The position numbers and the translations under genes were made by a program. A stretch of DNA of 64,000 nucleotides from an uncultured Candidatus Saccharibacteria bacterium (lineage in GTDB: Bacteria; Patescibacteriota; Minisyncoccia; Minisyncoccales; JAGGXC01): the NCBI GenBank assembly GCA_964445905.1, contig CAYUNN010000003.1:899-64898 (forward strand), written 5' to 3'. A model generated the notes under the pieces. It saw only the letters and a list, made by a program, of their open reading frames with translations, did no database searches and was not told where the DNA came from. Positions 1 through 7,322 of the stretch are shown here, in pieces. Within the stretch, counting starts at the first letter, position 1. Every line of letters starts with the position of its first letter.

Positions 1-2
1 AA

Positions 3-167
3 GATACTATTTTTTCAAAATTAATTTCAAAACCTCGTCAACCTAATCTTTTTTCTGAAAAAGAACTTCAGGGAATTAAACAAGAGACTCCGGTAACTGT
101 TTTTTATCTTTTGGCAGAGAACGAGAATCAATTAGCTAGATTAATTCAAGTAGAAGATTCTTTCTAG
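3..167 (+). CDS. 3' end of an upstream gene, function unknown (partial)
   Basis: Frame is open from the window edge (..ENENQLARLIQVEDSF*) to TAG 165-167, 5 nt before the next start. No recognisable motif. Confidence 0.35.
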   Translation, partial: DTIFSKLISKPRQPNLFSEKELQGIKQETPVTVFYLLAENENQLARLIQVEDSF

Positions 168-172
168 TTATT

Positions 173-3100
173 ATGAAAAGCTCAAAGCAAAAATTTATTC
201 TAATTATCTCTGGCGCTTTATTGCTTATTGGATTTTTATTTTTTATTCCACAGAAATCTTATGCTGTTAATTTTACTGCAGGATGGTATGAAGATCACGG
301 TGGCGTTCAAGATAATTATTGCGATTCTGGTTATTGGCGTGGTACTGGTGAAGTAAAAGATTATTCAGGAGATCCTCTCTTAGCGGATGAAATTAAAATT
401 AGAGCTATTTGGTATGAAGAGGGCGCGGAAACAGGAAATGTTATTTACAATGAGACCTTTGAAAACCTTGCCACTTCCACTTTTGAAAGTGAATGTATAG
501 AGATAAAAGATAACGATGGCGCTATGGTTTTAGAAATTACAGCTATTAAGAGTGGTTTTCATACTATGAAGGCAGCCAATAATTTTAGACCAAGTGGTTC
601 ACCTCTTAACCGGAGTACCTGGAGCAAGACTCTTCATTTGGCTCCGCTTAGCGTAGAAGACGCAAATATAGTTTATCTTTTTCCTGAAGATAATCAGTGG
701 ATCTCTGGAGACGAAGGGTACGATGAGATGATTTTATCTGTGAATAAAGCGCCACGGCCTGAAAATATTAAAGAGATAGAGGTGGAATTTACACACATTC
801 CGACCGGGCATAAATTTTATGTTGATGTTGATATTCCCGGAGGAGAAATTGACGAAGGAGAAGTTTCTTTTCCTAGGCCAGATTTTGCTGGGGAGCTTGG
901 AGAAGAACAATCCCAAGGCCAGTATTCTTGGAGAGTTAGAGCAATGACCACTAACGGTTTTATTTTTTATAATGAAAACGAAAGCAGCTCTTTTTATTAT
1001 GATTCTATTGAGCCATTCTCTGATAGTTATAGAGTTTATGTTCTGCGTTCAGGAAAAGAACAAGCGCCATATTTGTACGCAACTTTTAAAGACGAGCCCG
1101 TTCCTTCAAGCGGCATGTGCAAAGTCGAAATTTATTTTAGAGGACACGGTGAAACTGATTATGAATTAGTAAGAACTTGCACAGGTTCAGGAGGAGTAAG
1201 TCTTTACTACTGTAGTTGGACAGGAACTTATAAAGAATATACGCAATCAGAAACACACAGAGGATATTTTATTGGCTATGATTGTGCGGGAAATAAAAAA
1301 CAAACTCCGGTAAGTTCTTATACTATAAGACAATTAAGTCCTTCTAGATTATATATCCGTAGCTATGTTGATATGGATCGTCCTGATGGCAATGTAGGAT
1401 GGTCTGATCAAGTATGGGGAGTTCCTTTTGACGTAATTGAAGTAATATCTGATAGTGATCCGCCTGATGTTCCTGCTACTGGGACATATCAAACTAGTGA
1501 AACATTTACTTCTTATGATCAGTATAGGATTGCTCTAGAAGCTACTACTAGCTATAATGGAAGGCCTTTTTCTTTTTGGTTTAGGACGCCGAGATCGGGT
1601 ACTTCCTGGGCTTGTTATAGCAACTTACCAGAATATTCTCTAACAGTTAGACTTCCTTATACTTATCGTCGCTATATGAGTTTTGGAACTAGTCGCTTGA
1701 TAATTAATGGTAGATGGTATGCCAATCAGGGTTCAATGTCTAGTGAATTAAAGAATTATCTTGATAATATAACAACAAGAATAGAGCAAACAGGAGGAAC
1801 CCCTGAAAACATAATAGATAGTTATGTCAAAGGAGGAGAATTAACTATTAAGAATAAATCGGAGGAAATGAATGATGTTATTTTAAAATTTCATAACTCT
1901 GAAGATAGCATTTTAGAATTTTACAGTATTTATTCTTTTCGTCCGCCCTTTGGATCATTTTGTAGTATGATTTCTGATCAGCAATGCCAGGCGTCTCTCC
2001 CTTATAATTGTGGATTTATTTATCCTAGATATTCAATTAGAAGAACAGTCCGAGTTGAAGGCTGGATGGGTTCAATTCCCCTGGAAGGAGTAAGTATTGT
2101 TGGTTCTGGAGGCATGGAAAGCGGGGTAACATCAGCAGCAGGATATTATGATTTTTCTAGCTATGATAGCCCTTCTAGTTTTACTGGAAGTCTTCAGGCG
2201 CCAGAAATCATTATTGATAGCGAAGGCAATGAAATGGAATTTGGTTATTGGTCAGGCTGTAGCTCTGTTTCTGCTGATGGTCTTACTTGTAATATAGAGT
2301 ATAGTTCTTCAAATCCAGGAGTATGGTACGATGATATTTCTATCACAATTCAGGCTAATTATACATCAGAAGGAGGTCCTCCCGCTGTTAATTGTGGAAC
2401 AGAAGTTGGGGATGGCCAATGTGTTCCGAATAGTCCTCCTTGGTATTGCGAAGAAGGTGTCCTTAGGCCTTTTTGTCTAAATTGTGGTTGTCCATCATAT
2501 CAAACTTGTATCGATGATGGTGATTATGGCTTTTGTTGGCCGCATTATAATCTTTCTGTTAGCTCTGATCCCATTGATAATATCAATATTAGTGGCATAG
2601 ACCCAGATGATCCAGGCGAAGATTATGGTGGCTTTACCGACTATGAGTTAGAAATTGTATCTCCTCCTTATGGACCTTCTGTTATAGAACTTACTGCTCC
2701 AGAATCTCATACTGGCAACGATGGTCTTTTTTACACTTTTAAAGAATGGGAAGGTTGCAATACTACAACAGATTTTATTTGTGAAATAGTTATGGATGAG
2801 CATAAAAATGTAGTTGCCCATTACATATCTGGGCCTAATGCGCCCACTGATCTTTCTTTAGGATGGTTTGACTGTTCCGTTAAAGGATTGTCTGTCCCTG
2901 TTTTTGGGTGGGACTATGAGCATTCAGGCGGTATCTCTCACTCTTCTTCTGAAATTATAATTTATGGCGAAGAGGAACTTTTGTATACTTGTTCTGGCTG
3001 CACTAGTTATATTCCTCCTTATAGTTGGATAGAGCAGAATTTACCCTTTGGGCAAAATCTTTATTCTTGGAAAGCAAGAGTACAGGATGAAGTTGGTAAT

Positions 3101-3529
3101 TGGTCGGAATGGTCAGAAGAAAGATCATTTAGAACCAGAAATCATGCTCATCCATGGGTTAGTTTTAATTGGGAACCAATAAGACCGGTTGTTAATCAAG
3201 TTACCCAGTTTTGTTCTGTTGAAGAAGGTGGGGTTTGTGAAATTGAACCTAATTTGAGCTGGAGTGAGTGTTTTAGTAATAATTGCAATTGGACATGGGC
3301 ATTTCCAGATGGGTACTCTTGCGTAGAGCCAGGTGCTTGCTTCTTGCTACAAAATCCTTTAATTAAATTTTCTGAACCTAAAGACGATGATGGAGTTAAG
3401 TTAAGAATTTGCGATCCATCGTTGTCAGAATCAGACGGTGAAGGTGAAGACTATAAGTGTTGTCATTTTTCCGAAGAAATTAATGTTGCTTTGCCTTTGC
3501 CTGAATGGAAAGAAGTCCCTCCTCTCTAA
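173..3529 (+). CDS. Large secreted Cys/Trp-rich protein (1118 aa); candidate pilus-associated adhesin, family not recognised
   Basis: ORF track. N-terminal signal peptide (..LLLIGFLFFIPQKSYA). Cys-dense module CGTEVGDGQCVPNSPPWYCEEGVLRPFCLNCGCPSYQTC. FN3/PKD-like C-terminal segments (YSWKARVQDEVGNWSEWSEERSF). Lies directly upstream of four co-directional minor pilin genes. Confidence 0.8.
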   Translation: MKSSKQKFILIISGALLLIGFLFFIPQKSYAVNFTAGWYEDHGGVQDNYCDSGYWRGTGEVKDYSGDPLLADEIKIRAIWYEEGAETGNVIYNETFENLATSTFESECIEIKDNDGAMVLEITAIKSGFHTMKAANNFRPSGSPLNRSTWSKTLHLAPLSVEDANIVYLFPEDNQWISGDEGYDEMILSVNKAPRPENIKEIEVEFTHIPTGHKFYVDVDIPGGEIDEGEVSFPRPDFAGELGEEQSQGQYSWRVRAMTTNGFIFYNENESSSFYYDSIEPFSDSYRVYVLRSGKEQAPYLYATFKDEPVPSSGMCKVEIYFRGHGETDYELVRTCTGSGGVSLYYCSWTGTYKEYTQSETHRGYFIGYDCAGNKKQTPVSSYTIRQLSPSRLYIRSYVDMDRPDGNVGWSDQVWGVPFDVIEVISDSDPPDVPATGTYQTSETFTSYDQYRIALEATTSYNGRPFSFWFRTPRSGTSWACYSNLPEYSLTVRLPYTYRRYMSFGTSRLIINGRWYANQGSMSSELKNYLDNITTRIEQTGGTPENIIDSYVKGGELTIKNKSEEMNDVILKFHNSEDSILEFYSIYSFRPPFGSFCSMISDQQCQASLPYNCGFIYPRYSIRRTVRVEGWMGSIPLEGVSIVGSGGMESGVTSAAGYYDFSSYDSPSSFTGSLQAPEIIIDSEGNEMEFGYWSGCSSVSADGLTCNIEYSSSNPGVWYDDISITIQANYTSEGGPPAVNCGTEVGDGQCVPNSPPWYCEEGVLRPFCLNCGCPSYQTCIDDGDYGFCWPHYNLSVSSDPIDNINISGIDPDDPGEDYGGFTDYELEIVSPPYGPSVIELTAPESHTGNDGLFYTFKEWEGCNTTTDFICEIVMDEHKNVVAHYISGPNAPTDLSLGWFDCSVKGLSVPVFGWDYEHSGGISHSSSEIIIYGEEELLYTCSGCTSYIPPYSWIEQNLPFGQNLYSWKARVQDEVGNWSEWSEERSFRTRNHAHPWVSFNWEPIRPVVNQVTQFCSVEEGGVCEIEPNLSWSECFSNNCNWTWAFPDGYSCVEPGACFLLQNPLIKFSEPKDDDGVKLRICDPSLSESDGEGEDYKCCHFSEEINVALPLPEWKEVPPL

Positions 3530-3598
3530 AAATTATATTTTATAATTATAATTACGGTAAGTGTTAGCTGTTAAGGAGTTAAGTAATTTTCTAAAACT

Positions 3599-4186
3599 AT
3601 GTTAAAATTTAAAAAAGAAGAAAAAAAGCAGAATGAATGCTTAAAAGGATTTACCTTGGTAGAATTGTTAGTGGTTTTGCTGGTCATTGGTTTGGTTTCA
3701 TCTATTGTTTTGATTAGCTATAGAGGAAGTCAAAGGAAACTTGCTCTTACAAGATCGGCTTACCAGCTAGCTCAAGATATAAGAAGAGTTCAAGGCATGG
3801 CAATGGCAGCTCAAGAATTTGAAGGTAATGTGCCGCAGGGTTACGGAATATCCATTAATTTAACTGGGCCAGGTGGTAATAATAAACAGTATGCTTTATT
3901 TGCTGATTTTGGAGTTGGTGAAACAGTAATAGAAACTTTAGAATTTGAAAAAGGAATTGAGATTAAACAAATAAGGTTGACAGAATCACCTAATCCGCCA
4001 GCGCTAAGATTCAAAATGACTTTTTTCCCACCAGACCCATTAGTAGAAATTGTTCGCGTGCTTCCTCTTGTCGGCGGCGATCCTACGCTTGGAAACGAGG
4101 CTTCGATTACTTTAAGATATAAGGATGATGGTCCAGAAAAAACGATTAATGTTAATAAGGCTGGTTTAATTGAAATTCAACCTTAA
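3599..4186 (+). CDS. Minor (pseudo)pilin, GspH/FimT-like
   Basis: Prepilin N-terminus ..NECLKG|FTLVELLVVLLVIGLVSSIVL (Gly-1, Phe+1, Glu+5, hydrophobic helix). Aligns with paralog 17441-18052 (AYQLAQDIRRVQ vs AERLTQDIRQLQ; GLIEIQP vs GMVEIRK). Confidence 0.85.
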   Translation: MLKFKKEEKKQNECLKGFTLVELLVVLLVIGLVSSIVLISYRGSQRKLALTRSAYQLAQDIRRVQGMAMAAQEFEGNVPQGYGISINLTGPGGNNKQYALFADFGVGETVIETLEFEKGIEIKQIRLTESPNPPALRFKMTFFPPDPLVEIVRVLPLVGGDPTLGNEASITLRYKDDGPEKTINVNKAGLIEIQP

Positions 4187-4194
4187 GATTTAAA

Positions 4195-4255
4195 CAATGA
4201 ATAAATCAGAGAAAAAAAATAAAGAACAAAATAATTCCTCAGCTGGTTTTACTCT
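4195..4255 (+). repeat. 61-nt perfect direct repeat, copy 1 (start region and leader peptide of a minor pilin)
   Basis: caATGAATAAATCAGAGAAAAAAAATAAAGAACAAAATAATTCCTCAGCTGGTTTTACTCT is identical to 4626-4686. Confidence 0.95.
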
Positions 4256-4625
4256 CTTAGAAGCTATTTTTTGCTTGTTTGTTTTGACAGTAACTGTTTT
4301 CAGTAGCTTTGCTTTAATTGAACAAACTGTAAGAGGAACGCACTTAAATCAGTCAAGATTAGCTGCTTATTATCTTGCCCAAGGAGAAGTTGAAAACATT
4401 AAAAATATTAGAGACAACAACTATCTTAATAACGAAACATGGAATAACGGAATAGACTCACAGAGCCCGGAACCGATTCCTGGTTTTAGTGAATTTAAAA
4501 GAGAAATAAATATTAATGCGACAGGCGAAGATTTACTAGAAATAGAAGTTATTATTAGATGGAATGAAAGAGGAAAAGATTACGAAGTGGAAGTTATAAA
4601 TCACTTATACAATTGGTATAAATAG
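4197..4625 (+). CDS. Minor pilin, PilV/GspI-like
   Basis: Leader MNKSEKKNKEQNNSSAG|FTLLEAIF. Paralog of 18096-18638 (AAYYLAQGEVENIKNIRDN vs AAYLAEEGMEVIRNMRDN; both end ..NWY..). Confidence 0.8.
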   Translation: MNKSEKKNKEQNNSSAGFTLLEAIFCLFVLTVTVFSSFALIEQTVRGTHLNQSRLAAYYLAQGEVENIKNIRDNNYLNNETWNNGIDSQSPEPIPGFSEFKREININATGEDLLEIEVIIRWNERGKDYEVEVINHLYNWYK

Positions 4626-4686
4626 CAATGAATAAATCAGAGAAAAAAAATAAAGAACAAAATAATTCCTCAGCTGGTTTTACTCT
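4626..4686 (+). repeat. 61-nt perfect direct repeat, copy 2
   Basis: Identical to 4195-4255. Sequence diverges immediately after codon 20 (CTC TTA vs CTG GTG). Confidence 0.95.
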
Positions 4687-5188
4687 GGTGGAGATAATGA
4701 CATCAATGACTATTTTTATTGTACTAGTTGCTATTTTCGGAAACTTTTTTTCTCAAGCCATCAAAGTACAAAGAAGATCTCTAGCTTCTTATGAAATAGT
4801 TAATACTGCTTCATATAATTTAGAGTATATGAGCCGAGCTATAAGGATGGCGAAAAAAGATCTTGAGGGAGGCTGCATTGAACAAAATTATAATTATGAA
4901 AATATTTATGATGGCGGGGAACCGGTTGGTTTAAAATTCATGAATTACGATGGAACCTGTCGAAAGTTTTTCTTAGCAGGCGGACGATTATTTGAAGAAA
5001 AAAATGGAGAACTTCCTCTTCCCTTAACCCCCATTGATTTGACAGTCGATTCTTTTATAGCTGATAGGGATGGTTCGCAATGGGGACAAGAAGATCCAAT
5101 TCAGCCAAAAGTTCTTTTAATCTTAGAAATAGAAGGATTTAAATTTCAAACTATAATTTCTCAAAGAAACTTAAATGTTCAATATTGA
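4628..5188 (+). CDS. Minor pilin, PilW/GspJ-like
   Basis: Same 17-aa leader as the previous gene, then FTLVEIMTSM. C-terminal SQRNLNVQY matches paralog 18619-19203 (SQRNLNIINP). Confidence 0.8.
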   Translation: MNKSEKKNKEQNNSSAGFTLVEIMTSMTIFIVLVAIFGNFFSQAIKVQRRSLASYEIVNTASYNLEYMSRAIRMAKKDLEGGCIEQNYNYENIYDGGEPVGLKFMNYDGTCRKFFLAGGRLFEEKNGELPLPLTPIDLTVDSFIADRDGSQWGQEDPIQPKVLLILEIEGFKFQTIISQRNLNVQY

Positions 5189-5537
5189 TTTTAAAAAAGA
5201 AAAAGGAATGTCACTTTTGTATATAGTTTTTATCACTACCATTCTTTTAGCCATTGCTTCTGGAATCAGTTCAATTTTGGTTTATCAGGTAAAAATAATG
5301 AGTGGAATAGGCCATTCGGTGGTTGCTTTTTATGCGGCTGATTCAGGGATAGAAAGAGTTTTAATGGACTGGAATAGTCCGCCGGAAGAGGAAATAGAAG
5401 AAACTTTATCCAACCTTGCTACTTATAAAGTCTCTGTATTTATATCAGGAGATGGAGGTTGTGAGGCAGATAATTACTGTATAAGATCAGTAGGCACTTA
5501 CAAGGATACAAAAAGAGCGATAGAAATCAGTTATTAA
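5175..5537 (+). CDS. PilX/GspK-position minor pilus protein (hydrophobic N-terminus, no G|F cleavage motif)
   Basis: Overlaps the previous gene by 14 nt. MFNIDFKKEKGMSLLYIVFITTILLAIASG resembles MFNYLKQQKGISIFLGLLVVTVFLVIGAG of 19205-19921. Both share a ..SG(I/A)E(R/H)VL.. block. Confidence 0.65.
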   Translation: MFNIDFKKEKGMSLLYIVFITTILLAIASGISSILVYQVKIMSGIGHSVVAFYAADSGIERVLMDWNSPPEEEIEETLSNLATYKVSVFISGDGGCEADNYCIRSVGTYKDTKRAIEISY

Positions 5538-5564
5538 TTTTGGTTGACACTTAATTAAAAATAA

Positions 5565-5594
5565 AAAAGATAAGCTTTTTGGCTTATCTTTTTT
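5565..5594. terminator. Bidirectional rho-independent terminator between convergent operons
   Basis: AGATAAGC (5568-5575) pairs with GCTTATCT (5582-5589), with a 6-nt loop. An A-run lies upstream and a T-run downstream. Confidence 0.7.
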
Positions 5595-5611
5595 CAGTTG
5601 TTTTTTTATCT

Positions 5612-5881
5612 TTAGTAGGGCAGGAATGGAATGTCTCTGCCTATTTTGCCTTTGAATCGTTCAATTGATATAAATGGCTCAAGTTTCTTCGCCCTTTCAA
5701 GAGTTTCAAATTTAATCTCTATTTTCTGTGACTTTACCGAGGGAACTTCCTTGAAAGAGATTAGTCCTCCTCTTTTAAGAAATTCTTGCCAAAAAATAAA
5801 AATAATAATTATAATTACAAAAATAAAAATTAATTTTAGAATAGCTTGTTCTTTTTCTTTTTCTTTAAAATCAATTGCCAT
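5612..5881 (-). CDS. Small single-pass membrane protein in the PilP position (paralog of 10222-10500)
   Basis: 89 aa with one TM helix (LIFIFVIIIIIFIFW). Shares KLEPF and IGR(D/Q)(I/N)PF C-terminal motifs with 10222-10500. Last gene after the pilO-like gene. Confidence 0.65.
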   Translation of the reverse strand: MAIDFKEKEKEQAILKLIFIFVIIIIIFIFWQEFLKRGGLISFKEVPSVKSQKIEIKFETLERAKKLEPFISIERFKGKIGRDIPFLPY

Positions 5882-5895
5882 AACGCTTAAAATAA

Positions 5896-6453
5896 TTATT
5901 GATTATAAGAATATACTTTCATTTTTAGTTTAAACGTAAATAATCTTCCTCCTTCCCCAGAAGAAAAATCAATACTTTCTATTCTTATTAATCTGGCTGA
6001 TTTTTCTAATGATACAAGAAAGTTATTAAGAGCAGAATAAGAGCCAATAAGATCAATGCTAATAGTTGTTTCTTGAACAGTAGGAGATTTTTCGAGAGAA
6101 GAAGGGGAGCCGGAAGATATTCCTCCTAAAATTAAACCTGATTCAGAAGAAGTTTTTTGAAGATAATTGAATAAAGAAGGGAGAAAAGAGCCACTTGGCA
6201 AGGCAGATTCAATTCTAGAGATTTCTTCTCCGCGTTCTTCTAATTCACTTTTGGTTTTATCAAGATTTGATAAATATTCTTTTTTTCCTTCAATTTCAAC
6301 TTCTTTTCTTGTAATTTCTGCCTGGACTTCTTGTAATTTTTGAAAACTTGGCCATAAAAGAAAAAAAACTATAATTACAGTAATTAAACAAAAAGCAACA
6401 GCGGTAAGCGATGTGCGGTTACTAAGATCAATATGGCTTTTGTTTCTATTCAT
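5896..6453 (-). CDS. PilO-like pilus alignment protein (second copy)
   Basis: N-terminal TM followed by a coiled coil. LPSLFNYLQKTSSESGLIL and GSYSALNNFLVSLEKSARLIRIESI align with LPHLYNYFIDLSIKRGIIL and GDYSSFKNFLTSIENSSRIFDVNNI of 9698-10216. Confidence 0.7.
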   Translation of the reverse strand: MNRNKSHIDLSNRTSLTAVAFCLITVIIVFFLLWPSFQKLQEVQAEITRKEVEIEGKKEYLSNLDKTKSELEERGEEISRIESALPSGSFLPSLFNYLQKTSSESGLILGGISSGSPSSLEKSPTVQETTISIDLIGSYSALNNFLVSLEKSARLIRIESIDFSSGEGGRLFTFKLKMKVYSYNQ

Positions 6454-6464
6454 TTTAAAGTTAG

Positions 6465-6998
6465 TTATTGTTTAGAAATAAAAAAATCTGGTTCAAAAGA
6501 AAGAGATAGCTCGAAATCAATTTTCCCCTCTTCGTTTATTGAGAAACTATCTAGGCTAACCTTTTCTATAACTGGTTCATCTTCTAGGATAAAAATTTGT
6601 TGTCCTAAAGTTTCAAAATTTTGAGTTTTTCCAGAAATATCAAGAACTCCTCTTTCTGAATTTAGACTAAAATTAGAAAACCAAACTTGGGGATGAGTTA
6701 TTCTTTGGGTAAATTCAAAAATTTTCGAAGATTGTAATTGGTTATCGAGAAGAAAAGAAAATTCGTTGATTTTATTTTTCAACAAGGTAATTTCTTCTTC
6801 AAGCTCTTTTTTTTCAGTAGTCATCATTTCATCTAATTTAGTCTCTAGGTCTGATTTTTCTTCGTGAGCTTTTTGCAAGAAAACATTTGTCATGAGATAG
6901 CCGAGAATAGAAAAAATTAAAAAGAAAACAGCAGAATAAAATGCAAACATAACCTTTTTTGATTGTTTTGGTCTTCCTCTTAAGTCTACTTCTACCAT
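6465..6998 (-). CDS. PilN-like pilus alignment protein (second copy)
   Basis: MVEV.. N-terminus, TM and coiled coil. KINEFSFLLDNQ, FSNFSLN and IDFELSLSF align with KINDFKFLVEDH, WSSMVLN and IEFELNITL of 9146-9691. Confidence 0.7.
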   Translation of the reverse strand: MVEVDLRGRPKQSKKVMFAFYSAVFFLIFSILGYLMTNVFLQKAHEEKSDLETKLDEMMTTEKKELEEEITLLKNKINEFSFLLDNQLQSSKIFEFTQRITHPQVWFSNFSLNSERGVLDISGKTQNFETLGQQIFILEDEPVIEKVSLDSFSINEEGKIDFELSLSFEPDFFISKQ

Positions 6999-7013
6999 AT
7001 TTTTATTTTAACA
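6999..7013 (-). promoter_or_regulatory. Extended -10 (TGTTAAAAT) 6 nt upstream of the pilN-like ATG; candidate leaderless promoter
   Basis: Minus strand reads TGT TAAAAT aaaaat ATG. No Shine-Dalgarno sequence. Confidence 0.4.
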
Positions 7014-7039
7014 TAGTTTGTCTTTAGAATACACTCTAT

Positions 7040-7065
7040 TTATTGATACAAGTTATTGATACAAG
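7040..7065. repeat. Perfect tandem direct repeat 2 x 13 bp (TTATTGATACAAG)
   Basis: Read directly at 7040-7052 and 7053-7065. Lies 42-67 nt upstream of the minus-strand pilN-like start. Confidence 0.9.
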
Positions 7066-7220
7066 GATTTTAAAAAGCTTACATGTTTATTATAACACGA
7101 TTTATTTTAGAAGTATACTTTTTTGTTAAAATAAATATCTAAAGCTTTTTACGATTAGAAATAATTAGAGATAACAAGTCACAGATTTTATTGGCTTGGT
7201 ATTTCTTGATATTAATATTA

Positions 7221-7308
7221 GCGGAGGAGGCGGGACTCGAACCCACAGACGGCTTTTTACACCGTCAGAGATTAGCAATCTCCTGCAATACCATTATGCG
7301 ACTCCTCC
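7221..7308 (-). tRNA. tRNA-Ser (anticodon GCU), class II with long variable arm
   Basis: Reverse complement GGAGGAGTCGCATAATGGTATTGCAGGAGATTGCTAATCTCTGACGGTGTAAAAAGCCGTCTGTGGGTTCGAGTCCCGCCTCCTCCGC. Acceptor GGAGGAG/CTCCTCC, anticodon stem GGAGA/TCTCT, loop TTGCTAA, TTCGAGT T-loop. CCA is not encoded. Confidence 0.9.
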
Positions 7309-7322
7309 TTTTAATTTGTAAA

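Noticed and set aside
5631-5933. A 100-aa plus-strand ORF overlapping 5612-5881.
   Set aside because: The minus-strand reading has a paralog (10222-10500) with shared motifs and fits the operon. The plus-strand ORF starts inside a terminator region and has no support.
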